62,306 bases of DNA, filler included, from Choristocarpus tenellus KU-1152 (GCA_964200185.2; 10 parts of 10 records of this genome joined end to end with filler, not necessarily neighbours in it), one strand, 5' to 3'. Shown: positions 36,371 to 50,430, numbered from the whole stretch's first letter. A program made the numbers and translations. The notes: generated by a model not told the origin, from the letters alone.

Positions 36371-38236
36371 GGGTCGAAGAACTGGGAGTGACAGGTCATG
36401 ACCGGATGAGCAAGCCGCTCAAACGATGCGAGGCCTTTGTCCTATGCATCCCAGTAACACCCGCTTTGACAGTTTCATGAGCTTTTTGAACCCTGTCAAA
36501 AGCTACTTGGTCGACTTTGCACTGGCGAACCTCCACAGTCATGACAGCCCACCATCTCAAACTTGCACGCCTCCTAATCTATATGAGAACTAAGCGTTCT
36601 TCAGAGGGTTTATCATGTGAGTCGTTCCTGGGCGAGAACGGGCCTGGTAAAAGATAGGAAACATTTAATTCTGAATGGAGAAAGTATCACCTTAATACTA
36701 CTATTTGCGCAGTAGTGAATGGTTGTTATGATAATCTTAGTGCTACAACCATCCACTACCACATCACCTACAATTGCTACTATGTGTGCTTGCATTGCCC
36801 TGTATCCACTCTCCGTTTTCATTGGCTCTTCCCACACTCCCCTCATCGTGTCCACCAACATCTCGAAGTCAATGATATGTTTGAGGCTGTGTTGGGTGGT
36901 ATCATGATTGGGTATGGCAAATCGACCTACAGCACTAAACATAGGAAACAAGTGTTGGTTGCCCTCAATGAAGGAGAAGAAAGTTTGGCTTCTGCATAGG
37001 GAGTTAAATTTTGTCTTTTGCAGAATCATTCTTCACTCATATACACCAAGTATTAGCATGTCCTATCTTAGTAGTAGGTAGTTTTTCCATAAACATAGTG
37101 ATGAGACAGTAGGTCCAAACCATTAGTACTCTCCTTAACCCGAACCTGAAGATTTCTGTGACTCGTATTAAAATGTTGAGTTTAATGGATAGTATTCATG
37201 TTTTGGGTGGAAACAACTTCCATGGCGTTCATCACAATGCTTGCAAAGTGTGGCATGACTGATGCGACAATCAAAATTCACCCATGATGGTTAAGCACAC
37301 CCAAGCATTTCTGAGGCAAGGGTGTTTCTGTATATTAAGAAAGAATTACATTCATTCACTCATCAACAATGGCAGCACTTACAGATATTAAACTTAGTTT
37401 GCAGCCTGTCTATCACTTGCCCATGTAGGTGTTTAGCAGAATCATCTTGGCATTCTTTATGGTGTTCAAACAAAGCACTTCATCATGGCAATGAAGCAAC
37501 CACATCTCTTCTTGCGCACATTGATCCCAGTAGTACAGTAGGCTGTGTTCTTCTGTGGGATTTTGAAGCACGAAATCATGTACCAAACACAGTCATGCCA
37601 TGATTAACTCATCATTTCACTTGTTAGTAGAGTGCCTAACCCCACACTCCCCTCTTCAGCCACCACAGGCAATATGCGTTTCAAAATTGAGATTCCCTGC
37701 ATCGTTTGGTAGGCACCGGCACTACCTACTATCCAATGATAGCTTGTGTTGTGACTACTGAATGGTCATGTGCAACACACGAAGTCCGTCCTGAATGCAT
37801 GTCACCAAGATAAATGAAAATGTGGAAGGAGATCACTCACAGTGGGAATAGTATGGCTCTGCCTTGGAGCAGATATGTGAAAGAGTCAAACTAAGATGAA
37901 AGAGATCGAGTCAAGAGGTTTCTAGTGCCTTTGTTGGGTCTGTTACAAGACCAACAGAAGATAAAAGACGATGGAAGTCGGACAATACAGTCAGGATGCT
38001 TTCTCAGCAGTTGGAAGCATGCGGTATTTCTAGATGTGCACTATTAGAGCGCAATTTCACTACGTCACAATCACCTAATTTTCTCTGTACCAAGGCCACA
38101 AATTAAAGACAATTGTGCCTAGATCTTTCCATCACACTGAAACGAGCTTGGAGGAACAATATTTGCCTTTGATAAACCTCATCACTACTAAAATACCTAT
38201 GCTTGAGAAGAACCTCCCAGGTTGCAGGGAGATTTT

Positions 38237-38477
38237 GAGCCAAAATATCTTAGACGGTAGAGCTGCGTCCATTCGGGGGCCAAAATCCAATGTTGCAATT
38301 TTGATGTAATTTGGGCTATTGTGTTTGTTAGGAACTGCCAATATCCTTATTCCGGGCACACCTTTTCATAACGTATACATATTTCGGAGTAGGAAAATTT
38401 CATAAAAACCCCTAGGGAAGCCAAGCCCGAAATGGACAAACAGGGCAAAACTCGAACCCTCTAAGATACTTTCACTC
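38237..38477. mobile_element. MITE family A, full copy, TSD TTTT
   Basis: GAGCCAAAATATCTTAGA ... CCCTCTAAGATACTTTCACTC with TTTT on both sides. Confidence 0.92.
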
Positions 38478-40957
38478 TTTTGCAATAGCTGGATTTGGGC
38501 CAAGCAAAGTGAGGAGGACAAGGGCAGAGGGGCAGGGGCATGCGCAAGAGGTACATCAAAAGTCAAACTACAGCACAACAGCAATCTTAATTGGAGCAAA
38601 AACAGATGGCACGGACAAGGAATGCAGCCAACACTATTTTGATCACAACACTTTGCTCCTACCAAAGCTCAAGGCTGTGACGCACAAAATACAATATTGT
38701 AGTGATGCAAACTAAAAGAATTTACAGTTACAATTAAATCAGAGTCCAGTTTTTCTCTTAATCCGATTGAATGGTTGGTGCATGGGGCACAAACTCCAAA
38801 GTCTCCCCAAGTCTCAGCGGGCAGATCCAAAGTGATACGATGAAATTGTGTAGTCAGTTGTGGGTTGTGACACCTTGCAGCAGATGTGGTTCCGTGACCT
38901 CTTGACATGTTCAGTGGTCACAGTTCTGCTTGTAAACCCCACCCCCCCAATAACCAAACCCTTTCTGTTCAATCATTTGGTTCTTCCAATAAATCAAAAA
39001 CTGATTGAACTGTTGTGGTTTACATATTACTATTTCACGCTTGGTTTAGAGGTTATATAGTATTTGGCCTGGTAACCTTGGACAGCACAAACTACCTGAT
39101 TTCGTTTTTGTTCTGGATTTCAATACACTGCCAAAGATATTTAGATAGGGATTAGAGAGCAGTGTCTCTCTCTCTCTCTCTCTCTCTCTACATACTGCAT
39201 ATGGCCCAGTTACTTGCTGCAAGAATGTCACAGGCTCTAAAACAGAGCAACAGGGATTCCATTAGAGCTATGTGTACAGTGCCCTAGCCTTAGTCCCTTA
39301 GACACCTTCACACTCAACTGAGTTTCAATGAGTGGGCGCAAGAGTTGTAACAAACATTGATGCAAGCACACAGCAGTTGAGATGGTGGGGTCCAAGGCAA
39401 AGATGGGTGTCCTCTAACCAACTACTTACTCCATTCAGCATCAGTTCAAATAGTTTGCAGAGCTGGCCGCAAATGCACCAGAGGCTACCAGTTTTTCCTT
39501 ATTTTTATGGGGGTATTCCAAAAACTCAATATGAGATTACCCTGGAATTTTAGCAAAATACGACTTAGTCAACGTATTCTATGCCGTCCGCTGAAAAGAT
39601 GCAAGAAACGCCTTCCCAATGTGGTTTTCTCATCCACGCACACTGATTTGACGCTGAACGGAGGTAGTAAATGAGGTCTGCTGACCTGGGGTGTTGTAAA
39701 CAATAGAATATATTATTTTTTACTTCAGATCTTTCAGAGCACCAGCCGTCGCCTTCCTATCTTTCAGAGTAGGCAAAGGAAAGATGGTTAGAGGTCTCGA
39801 CACTGGAGAAAGAGGTGGGAAATTCGAATACCAAACAAACCCTGCTCATCCTCGCCATTCCATACAGCCATGTGCTGTTCTATCAGGTTGGGTGCAACTC
39901 CTAGCTGATACCAGTCGGAGTTACGGACAAATTTCGTGGGAGCGTGGGTGACAGACCCTCCTCTCAAACTCTCACACTAGAAACAGTGAAAAACTTGGAC
40001 AAATATGTTTGTTTGCAGGTCCCACACACACAAGAGCAAAAAAGGATCTTAAGTGTCCTCTCTTTCCCCCAGTCAGATAGTGTGTGTATGTACAAGAACA
40101 TTGCTGCAACATTGTAAAACCCAATCCTTACTCCCTACCAAGTCCTCGGGTTTTTTTTAAAGAAAAGGTATACATCAGTGAAACATGATGTACCAAGGTG
40201 TGCCTAGGGTTGTAAGGGAGGGTAATGGGAATGCAAGATATTCCAGAGGATATGAGGTAATCCAGGCCAGGGATGCAAAAAAACATCTTGAGTCAATCAT
40301 GGGAGAAGGATCCAAGCCTTTTCCACAGTTGCAAGTACAGTATAAATTATAGGAACACCAACGACCGTGGAAAGGGGTTCTATCCTGATTGCTCTGTGTG
40401 ATCAAAGGATAAGTTAAGGAGTTTTGACACCACGAAAATGTACTGGCGAGGATATCATCTGGTTATTGGATTTACCGAATAAATTGCTATAAGTATAATG
40501 ATGAGGCACCCCAATCCCACATTGTAAAAATTACTTGTGTCATGAAACACTTTGGGGGTGGGACAGTTACAAAACTCAAACACCCATAGGGTGGAAGGTA
40601 TCACACAGTGTCCAAGTCATGCTTACCACTAGTCTAAATTTATTGGAGTAGGGCATGTTCCTGCTACTTCACCAGCTCAATGGCACATGTAATAAATGAT
40701 TCATTTGTCCTTCCATCCCATGCATTCTTGCTCATACACAGATTGCAGTACAGCATGAGCAAAAGTCAAACCTCAGTCACAACAACACAGTTTCAGGTTT
40801 GTCCAATGTTACAATATTCTATTCCATCAAAAGGGGGATACCAAGATAAAAAGTAAACGTGAATGAAAAAAGAACAAGGCTCGTGCAGAATCACATGACA
40901 TCTTACAGGTATAGGGCTGTCCTGACTGTGGTAGTTCTGCAGTGTAAAGGGAGTAGC

Positions 40958-41539
40958 TCATGATATACCTCTTGCCTTCATTTCCTTCTCCAGCATCTCT
41001 GCAGGAGCTCTTTTGCCTGCTCTCCTGCATGCTGCTATCGCCAACCTATAGGTAACAGCATTTTTGGGGACTCCCTTTTCTTGCATCTCATCTAAGAACA
41101 ACAGTGCACGTTCCCACTGCATACCATCCCCACAAGCCTTGATAATGGCATTGTAGGTGTAATTGTCAGGGGCAACCCCCTTGACCTGCATTTCATCCAG
41201 TAACCTAAGTGCTCGTTGCCACTGATCCCCTTCCCCACAGGCCGTGATGGCTGAGTTGAAGGCATAAACGTTCTGAACAACACCCTTGACCTCCATCTCG
41301 TCCAGAAGCAACAGAGCTCGTTCCCATTGTCCCCCATCCCCAAGGGCCTTGATGGCTATGCTATAGGTCACCTCATTGGGGGTAACTCCTTCGATTTGCA
41401 TCTTCTCCAACAGTGACAGAACTGCTTCCCACTGATGGCCATCCCCACAGGCTTTCATGACTGAGTTGTAGGTGTAGACATCGGGTGGAATACCTGCAGC
41501 CTGCATCTGATCCAATAGCAAACGTGCTTGCTTCCACTC
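40958..41539 (-). CDS. P-class pentatricopeptide repeat (PPR) protein, C-terminal part; 5' truncated
   Basis: About five consecutive 35-aa motifs (e.g. VYTYNSVMKACGDGHQWEAVLSLLEKMQIEGVTPN), ending at a stop at 40958. Confidence 0.93.
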   Translation of the reverse strand, partial: EWKQARLLLDQMQAAGIPPDVYTYNSVMKACGDGHQWEAVLSLLEKMQIEGVTPNEVTYSIAIKALGDGGQWERALLLLDEMEVKGVVQNVYAFNSAITACGEGDQWQRALRLLDEMQVKGVAPDNYTYNAIIKACGDGMQWERALLFLDEMQEKGVPKNAVTYRLAIAACRRAGKRAPAEMLEKEMKARGIS

Positions 41540-43445
41540 CCNNNNNNNNNNNNNNNNNNNNNNNNNNNNNNNNNNNNNNNNNNNNTTAATTAATTAANNN
41601 NNNNNNNNNNNNNNNNNNNNNNNNNNNNNNNNNNNNNNNNNCCCCCCAGATACTTTAACCCACTCTTGCTGGGAGTCCTTCGATGCAGACAAATACCAGA
41701 CATTTCTTGGACTAATGAGCGTTGTAATTTGTGGTTCTGTTATCTGTACAAATAACATAATACGGAGATACAACATCATACCTAAGTGAAAATATAGTAA
41801 TAAACATGTGGGCCAAGCTTGAATGAGAATGCCGATTTTTTACGTGCACAAGTCTTTTCTAAGATGTCCACTTTAAGCCGTGTCGAGCCCTAAATCGAAA
41901 AACTTAACGTGGACTTTCGTCAACAAAGCGGGTAAGTCAATAAGGTAACCCTTTTTGGATGGGATAGGGTGGCATTAGGGGGTCATCAATTGTATACCCC
42001 TCTTTTTTTCAACTTCAATTTTACACATTAGCAACAAATGAATAATTATGATTTAATAGCAATAAATGATGATCACTGGCATATTGCAGAGATTATCAGG
42101 TAGGAAAACAAGAAACATAAAGGAAAGAAAACAAAAAAAAAAACAGCATTACAAGAAAGTCTAGAGAAGGAGAAACATCATGTAGAGAGTACAACAAAGA
42201 CAACAATGGGAGAGGACCATCATAAACACACACCAGAGTTGTAATGTGTGAAGACAGGAGACCAGATAACAAGAAACTGACAAAAAAAGCAACTCCTAGA
42301 TTGACACTATATGAAGGTAGACGAGAAGGGAAGAATATTACGAATCAGTCGAGCCTCTCCTAGCGCATCAGCCTGGAGTCTCGAGGTCGAAACGTTGCAG
42401 TGCGCAGGAGAGATCTCCTGTATTTGGGAGCCTCCACTGTCCTTGGGGAACCCCTGCTGCCATATTTTCTTCACTTCTTCACACAAAAACATAACCCTAT
42501 ATCTAACCCTAACCCTATCCCTACCTTGTGAGTGAAAAATATCACTGACCAGCCAAGGAAATATTCTAGAATATGTGGTGAAGGAATATTGTGTACTCTA
42601 GGGAATCACAACTTCTCAAGGACCCACCTCTTTTCACCCTTCACTCTCATTTTCGAGAACCTAACTCCAACCCTAACCCTAACCCTAACTCTAACCTGTG
42701 TGTGAAAATAACCCTAAGAAGCGAAAAAAGTATGACAGTGGGGGTTAAGGTAGTGGGGCCCCCGAAGACAGGGGATCTCCCCTGTGTACTCAGCGTGTCG
42801 GGCCTCATCTTAGCCACGGAGTTCAGCACAGTCCTCTGTTGGACTCCATGCCAACACTCTCTTTCGAGCGCCCACCAATCCCTGCTGGGCTGCGTGGATT
42901 CCTCCAAAGAGGTTGTCTCCTGTCCCCCGTCCTGACGGCCAAGTTTCCAGATGTGGTGACTTATTCCTCGCAAGTAGACAAAACAGGACGAACCCTCGAT
43001 ACCAGAACCAGATGTGCACTTTATGTAGGTTGCATACAGCATCTTAAAGTAATGAAAATGATCCCTGGCAATCTTTAGAGAGTTGGTTGTACATACTATT
43101 AATCCATTGCTCAGAACTAAGTGAGCTCCACTTGTTCATGAAGGCAATCTATACCTGAGCTACATTGTCATCAATTGTCCTTCCTTTTTCGGTCAATAAC
43201 CCTCAATCTATATTTATCTGATGTCGACAACATGCTCTTATTCGATTATTATTCCTTCCTACTTGCGTGTGCTATACCAGAAGTACAATACCTATTATAC
43301 CGTTCACTGTAAGACAAAGTGTCTATAGTACAAAACACAAGAAACTTTTTGACACACACCCTTCTCTTGACATGGAGTGTCATATCACTATAATAATCAC
43401 TATCGCTGGTTGTGAGCAGTCACCATCATACAGAAGTTCAATAGA

Positions 43446-43626
43446 GAGTCGAAGTAAGTGAGAGCTGAATTTTATTTGATATCCTCTAACAATAGAGAAA
43501 TCGACACTCTCAAGTCAAACTTGGCACTCCATCCATAGAACTATGGGCGAATTGGAAAAATAAGTAAAAAACTGGTTTAAGATGAAAAACGGCCACAGCC
43601 AGGATACCTCTCGCTTACTTCGACTC
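43446..43626. mobile_element. MITE family C (181 bp), TIR GAGTCGAAGTAAG(T/C)GAGAG
   Basis: 19-bp inverted repeat with one mismatch at 43446-43464 and 43608-43626. AGA lies on both flanks. Confidence 0.7.
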
Positions 43627-43720
43627 AGAACAATTTGCAATCTGCTGACAACACAACTCACTGTCGAGCATAACTGTCTCTCTGAGGATGTAGTTTATTT
43701 CACTGTGGTGCTACACTCAT

Positions 43721-43979
43721 GAGCCAAAGTATCCTAGAAGGTAGAGCCGCGTCCATTTGAAGACCAAAATCCAAAGTTGCGATTTTGATATAATTTTGAT
43801 CATCGCGGTTGTTAGGGAGTGTCAATATCCATGTTCTGGACACACCTTTTCATAACGTATATATTTTACCTACTCTGAAACATTTTGGAGTAGGAAAATG
43901 CCGTAAAAGGACCCATGAGAAGCCAAGCCCCAAATGGACAAAATGGGCAAAAGTCGTACCCTCTAAGATACTTTCACTC
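43721..43979. mobile_element. MITE family A, full copy, TSD TCAT
   Basis: GAGCCAAAGTATCCTAGAAGGTAG ... TACCCTCTAAGATACTTTCACTC with TCAT on both sides. Confidence 0.93.
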
Positions 43980-44774
43980 TCATACGGGGATGACTTTGGT
44001 GCCCTTGTGCGGAAAGCGTAGGTAGCAGGAAATCATAGTGATGGTGAAGACAAACGCAGCACCCTGAGTAGTGTTCTTCCCACATCTGACTGTAAGTCAT
44101 CTGTCTACTACATAGGCTTAAGGCAGATATGGTAGTACATGCTGTGTTTTTTTACTCTTTGTTAGCTTTTGCTCACCTTGCTCGTGTCACCCCAGATACT
44201 GTACTGACTATCAGCCCCAGCTGAATAACACAACTTGATCGTATGTGTTGTACGCACCCCGAAATAATAGAAATAACAAGAGTCTTCATCACATTTGATC
44301 CACCTTTCCACTCGCATGGCAATCGTTAGGAGGTTATGTTTCAGCACGCCCCAGAACTCACCTCCATGGGATGTATAACTCAAATCCAACGACCTTTAAC
44401 GATGCTATGAGGACGTTGCCCTCGGTATCAATTTGTTGGGTGTCAGGCAGTCTTTTCTCTTGATACTCCACTCAGTGCTTAGCTCAAAGCTCGACTCAAC
44501 GTTGCGTTCTAGATTAAAAGACTGATTTAAGGGGGGTAATGGATTTGACCAAAAGCCCTCTTATTCTTTTCATCATCCACACAATTTCTTTGGTCTTCTA
44601 TGCAACTGCTCTATACGTACTCCAATCATAAACCTTTATTCTGCAGCTTCTTAGACAATTTGACGTTTTCTTCTGTAATGTTATGTATGCATTACAAATC
44701 TTACTCTGTTTCTTCTACGAAATCAGCATTTATTCTGTAAGGTTACATATGTGTTAATAATCTCGTATATTGTT

Positions 44775-44935
44775 GCACTTGTTAGAACGCGAGAAACAAT
44801 GCTCACACTATTTGCCTGTCACAAATGTTCGTGTTTGCTAAAACATGAGAAGAAATGCTCACGGTATTTGCGTGTAACAAATGCGAGCATTTGTTAGAAT
44901 ACAAGAAGAAATGCTCGCGCTATTCGCCTGTAACA
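44775..44935. repeat. 56-bp minisatellite, ~2.8 diverged copies
   Basis: TTG(T/C)TA..AATGCTC..TATT(T/C)GC.TGT.ACA recurs at 44779, 44835 and 44891. Confidence 0.8.
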
Positions 44936-45289
44936 TGCCCCCCAGCGTGAACTAGCAGTACATGTTTCATGTTACACTTACCACAGGCGATTGTCACCGA
45001 CAATAGACATCATCAATCGCCTCAGATCATCCTGTAGCAAGGAGAAAGAAAGAAGAAAAAAAATACTAACTCCTAACAGGTCCAAAACATTAAACCTTAT
45101 CTACTTGGAGAAATCTTTCTGCATCTAGCCCAATATGAGTAAACATCTACTCTTCGTAAGTACAGCTTCCCTAAGGTGCTAAGTATCATCTGATTATTGC
45201 CTGTCTCATGCCCCCCAAGCATGAAGCATACTGACGGCTGCTAGTGCGTAAAGCAGGCAATAACATCAACATCAGCATCATATAGCACA

Positions 45290-45481
45290 GTCTCAAAGTA
45301 TCTGCGGGGGGGTGGCGGCTGTCCATTTGGGGTCCATTTTTTCTTGTCACGATTTTTGGCGATTTGGTTGCATATGTCGGATGTACAATGTAAGTGCACT
45401 TTTCCTGGTTATGGTCCAAATGGACACCCTGGTGTAGAGTGTCAAAGTATCTTGGGGGGGGGGGGGGGGGTTTGTGGGGGG
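45290..45481. mobile_element. MITE family B with a second related element starting inside it at 45439
   Basis: GTCTCAAAGTATCTG start, family B body, then GTGTCAAAGTATCTTGGGG running into the contig end. Confidence 0.8.
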
Positions 45482-46109
45482 NNNNNNNNNNNNNNNNNNN
45501 NNNNNNNNNNNNNNNNNNNNNNNNNTTAATTAATTAANNNNNNNNNNNNNNNNNNNNNNNNNNNNNNNNNNNNNNNNNNNNGTTGTGGTGTTTTGGGGGT
45601 GGGGGGGGGGGGGGGGAAGTGGAGATGGGAAGGTATTACCAACAAGAGCAATAAGTGTAACATGCGATACTCACTATGTGAAAAGATAACATTTTTTTTA
45701 TTGTTAAAGTTTCATGAGGGCACGCAGCATATATCTATCTATCTATATATATATAAGAGCAATATAATCAATGAGAATGCGCTGATGAACCAATGGCCAC
45801 CGCCAGCAAGACTAGAATGGCTACGTATTCATAGCCAGAGGTTAGGTTCGGAAGTAGGGTTGCACTATAGAATTGCGCGTCTGTAAACTGCGAAACTGCG
45901 TGCAAAACACACAACATAGTAAGTAAGTGTTTCTGGCTTAGTCCCCTCCCACTAGAGCTGTAACTGGGGTCATTGAAGAAACACTCCCCCTCCCCCGATC
46001 ATGATCGGGCTTAGTAAAAAAAAAAATATTGTTGTATTCAATGCCTGAGTGTAGGGACAGAGTATTGGTGCAGGCCAGACTCTTGACCAAAATGTTGCTT
46101 GTGCTGCAG

Positions 46110-48925
46110 GGGGCAATGGAGATGGTTTTGCTGGAGAGAATGGTGGCGGTGCTGTGGCTGTGGCAGACCGTTCCCGTCGCCCCAAGCGTGCTGGAAGGAT
46201 GGATAAGGACCTGTACAAGGCTGCCAGGCAGGCTGGGCTGAGAGGGCTTGCCAACAAGTTTTCAATGGGGGCTGCCCAGTTGGGGGAGACTATGGAAGGT
46301 GAAGAAGTCATGCTGGTGGGAGTTGTATGTGTAAGTTTAAATGAGATGCTTTTGTTCTGGTTTGTTTGGTGGGGTTTTTTTTTTTATGGTGTGGATGGTG
46401 AAGGCTGTGTGTGATGTTTTAGGTTTTGTGTAAATGGGAAGGGATTTTTGTGTTGGTGTTAATTGTGGAGATTGGATCTCTAGTACTCGGTTGGGTGTAA
46501 GGTGTGTGAGGGGTTGTTAGTGGGGTTGATTTACTGCTTTTTGTGTGTGATAAGCTGTTAAATTTAAGGTATACCCTCTTTTTGTCTTGTGCACTGCCTC
46601 CTAGATTTGATTTATATCCAACACAGTGTTGTTTATTGCAGTTTATTTTAATTTATTTTCAATTTTTTTGATGCATTTTTTTGTGCAATCAGAACTTTTG
46701 AATTGATGCACAACTGTGGATTTGTTTGCACCATGGCGTGAAAAAAAAATGTGTTTAGGGTTAGGGTTAGGGTTAGGGTGTGTTGAGTCAGAAAAATTTG
46801 AGGTGCAAGGATCGTGAGAGGAGTAAAGAGCCCCAAAACAATATTTTGGGGGGGACCACTCTCTCGGGGTGTGTTCATTCCACGAGGAAGTATCTGACCA
46901 ATGGGAAGGCTCGTTTCCATTTCGATATATATTTTATTGTTAAATAAATTGAAAAACGTGCTGGAATTTGAATCGGTGCAATTTCACGATCTTCATTTTT
47001 ATTTTTTATTTTACTTATTTGTGTGTAATGTGTGATAGGAGTTGAGTTTAATTTTTTCCATGTATTTCCTTTGTCCATTGCTGTGAAGGTATTACTCAGA
47101 GGATTTATACAGTTCCCACACCAGAGGAAGATCCAGAGCTTTTGGCATCTGATATGGCGGGGGCTAGTGATACTCCCCTATTTTCAACCCCGGAGGCCAT
47201 TCTCAAGGGAGTAAGGCATATCCTGGCGAGGGAGATTGCTGCTGAGCCGAGAATAAAGGCGTTGTGAGTCTTGGGCTTGGGGTAAATAACACGAGACTGT
47301 TGTGTTGTGTTTTGTTGCGTTGTGTATTTGATGTTACATTATTAGGAGTATTGTTGCTCTATGTACTTGGAGTATACAATATGAGATAAAATAAAAATAA
47401 CTTGTTGTGGTGACATAGGCATATATCTCTAGTCTTGGAGTACATTTGTGTACGTTTGTATTAACATCAAGGTAACACAGTGCATTTTGTGTTCTTTTTG
47501 TGATTGTTGATTTTTTATTTTACAGGTGTCGTCGCCTGTTCCAAAAGTATGCTGAGGTCAGCACAGTCCCCACATCGAGAGGTAGAGAGGAGATAGACGC
47601 CTTCCATCCGTTGTATGGGTTGCATTACCTGAGCAGAAAGCCTGTGAAGGCGTTTCTGTATGGGAGTTTGGACAAGACCCAGTGGCTCCGGATTGAGAAG
47701 GGACAGGTTGGTGCAGAATTGACTTTATTATATTATATTATATTATATTATTATTATAATATTTTTATTATTATTTTGTTGTTGGGAAGGTATTGCGGGG
47801 GCCTTACTTGAAAGGGAGTCTGTAGACCAATGGAACGGCTTGACTGTGAGGTTGACCCAATATGAATCAGTATTTTTGTAAGTGTGCGAGCTTGTTTGTT
47901 TGTTTGTGTTCTCAGTTTGGTTGGTGGTATGGTATGACTATTTGGTAGCGATGAAGTGGTTGGTATATGTGGTGTATGTGAGGTTGGTTATACCATTTGA
48001 CTTCAAATGTCGTGGCTGTATTCATTCAAATGAATGAATGCCCTGATGTCTTAGTTGTAGGAATGATGGTGTGGACTGCAGACCGGGTTGCTGGTAGAAC
48101 GGGTTCAACGAATGCAACGATTTTCTTTTTTGCTCTACCTTAGACTTGGATACTCTGGTCGTGATATTTGTACCTGATGATGGATTATTGTTTGTAACTG
48201 AAAATAAATCCTTTTTTTTGTACAAAAAATATTTTTTTGTTTAGAGAGTATTTGTTGTAGGCATCAAGGGAAGGGGGTTAGAGAGGTATTTGGAAGTTGG
48301 TCTTATTGTCTCCCTAAAATAAAAAGGGACAATTATATATTTATTATTATTTACATTCTTGCAGTGTCTTTGTACTATTATTTTTATTTCATTCGTTTTG
48401 TGGTATATATATTTTTTTATTATGTTATAGAGGTCAATTGCCAATTATTTTGTTTTTATTTCATTGAAGTGACCCTAACAGTGGTGTAGGGTTTGGGTTT
48501 GTTCGTTGTTGTTTGTGTGATATTGCAATGTTGATGTACACTGTGGCCACTGTGTGCTGATTCCCTAAATCCATCCCCCCCCCTCCACCTGCTCCCTCTG
48601 GTGCTTGTTTTTTTTCCCGTTTTTTTTTCATGGTGTGTTCTTGATGTAATGTGATGTGACATTGTTGTTTTTGTGATCTCTTGTGTTGTGTTATACCCTG
48701 CTGTGTTGTAATTGTGTTGTGTTGCTTGATGTATGGTCTCGTTTTGTGTTAACGCTTTCCTGCGGAAAATATTCACGTTGTGTTGTGGTATTGAGTGAAT
48801 CTCAGAAAGATGGGATGCTTGATGTTAAGGTTCACCCCCCGGAGAGGATTGTCCTTACCCAGGAGACAGACGCACAAGGGAACCTGGTTGAAAAGCATGA
48901 ACTAGACCTCTCTGTCTTCATTAAG
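46110..48925 (+). CDS. SPT6: Transcription elongation factor / histone chaperone SPT6, internal fragment (4 exons)
   Basis: Exons 46110-46298, 47089-47263, 47526-47706, 48806-48925 splice in frame. AGLRGLANKFSMGAAQLGE, TPEAILKGVRHILAREIAAEPRIK and PTSRGREEIDAFHPLYGLHYLSRKPV match the Spt6 core as recalled from known homologs. Confidence 0.85.
46755..46778 (+). repeat. Interstitial telomere-like (TTAGGG)4; shorter or degenerate arrays near 4709, 17094, 42505, 42669, 49109, 55406, 58366, 59274
   Basis: Seen directly. Confidence 0.85.
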
Positions 48926-50346
48926 GTGTGTGTGTGTGTGTCATGATGTAGATGGATGTTTCTTTTTGTTTGCAGGGGGGGGCGGGAGCTTGAGTACGGC
49001 CCCTCTGGCATCTGTAGGTGTTGTTGCACCTGGTGATGTTGATCTTCACCAAGGTATTTGGAGCAATGATTGGTGATATGTTCTGTTGGGGGGGGGGGTA
49101 TTAAGGGGTTAGGGTTAGGGTTAGGACCTCTGTCTGTGTTGCTGTGGTGTGCACACAATTCTGTCTTTTTTTTAGGGTTAGGGTCTTGTTGCACAGGTCA
49201 TGCAATGGTGTCATGTGTATCATTCACAAGAAAAAAAATCATATATATATTTTTTATTGTTTCGTCACAAAAAAATAAGAAAATGTTTTGGTGCTGGGCC
49301 GTGGGGGGGGGGGGGGGGGGTGGTATAGGAGGGGGTTGGGGGGTTTTTATTGGGTGGGGATGTGGGGGGGTGAAAAAAAAATATTTTTTTTTTTTTTTTT
49401 TGTTTGGGCAAAAAAAAAAAAAAAATTTTTTGGGGGGGGGGGGGGGGGGGGGGGGGGGGATTGGATTAGAGAGGGTTGCGGTGTTTGTACATTAGAGTGG
49501 ACAGAGTGGGTACAGAGAGGAACCACCTTTGGGGAGAGGAGTGATCTCATTGGTCGGTGCTTCTCTCACCGCCTATTTTGGTGTTCAGTTCTGTTGGAGA
49601 CGTTTTCATCACTTCATCTGACGGAGGACTTGACCCCCCGATGAAAGCACTCCTTTTTTTTTTTCTTAGTATCCCCTCTTTTTTTTGTTTGACTATGTTT
49701 TATTGTTGATGTTATTTTTTTGTGTATTTAAAAAAAATATATATGTATGTATGTACTATACCTTGCTTTCAAAAATATTATGATTCTCTGTAGTGCTAAT
49801 AATACATACAACCAATCCTTCCCCCCCCCCCCCCCCCCCCCCCCCCACCCAGCCCCCAACACCACTTTTTATTTACATTAAAAAAAAAAATAGAAAAGGA
49901 AGGAGGGGGGGGAAGNNNNNNNNNNNNNNNNNNNNNNNNNNNNNNNNNNNNNNNNNNNNTTAATTAATTAANNNNNNNNNNNNNNNNNNNNNNNNNNNNN
50001 NNNNNNNNNNNNNNNCCCCCCAGATACTTTGACCCATTTTTTCATTAGTATTGTGTTATTTGGGTGAGGTTGTACACAATGTAGAGGATCTTGTCTTACG
50101 AAACATTGTTTGGATGTTGTACACACTGGAAGTCATGAACAGGAAGCACCACCACCTGAGCCTATCGAAAATACCCCAAAAACGTATCTCAGCAGAGTCA
50201 TATTAGTAGCTGATTCGTGTAGGCTTGCAGTTGGACAAAACACGCCCCCACTCAGCAGGATCTTTTGCTTGGGCACCCACTGTGGCGTGTAGAAGACACC
50301 TGAACTGATTCATCCCTCCACTGCTGGTGTCCCTTTTGTTTGTCAG

Positions 50347-50430
50347 GAGGGCTATGATCACAGTTACTTCTTCATCAGCACTTTCATGGAGAATCACATC
50401 AACTTCCATGCAGACCGACTTCTTAATTAG
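50347..50430 (+). CDS. ESD: S-formylglutathione hydrolase (esterase D), last exon
   Basis: CAG acceptor followed by EGYDHSYFFISTFMENHINFHADRLLN*. GYDHSY contains the catalytic His motif. Confidence 0.88.
   Translation, partial: EGYDHSYFFISTFMENHINFHADRLLN

Noticed and set aside
36613-37029. hAT dimerisation-like peptide (NQHLFPMFSAVGRFAIP)
   Set aside because: Similarity too short and unsupported by other hAT motifs or TIRs.
42360-42405. Hammerhead ribozyme around GGTCGAAACGTT
   Set aside because: No CUGANGA box and poor stem I pairing.
49070-49915. Gly/Phe/Lys-rich ORFs here and at 59339-59879
   Set aside because: Produced by homopolymer runs in low-quality sequence near gaps.
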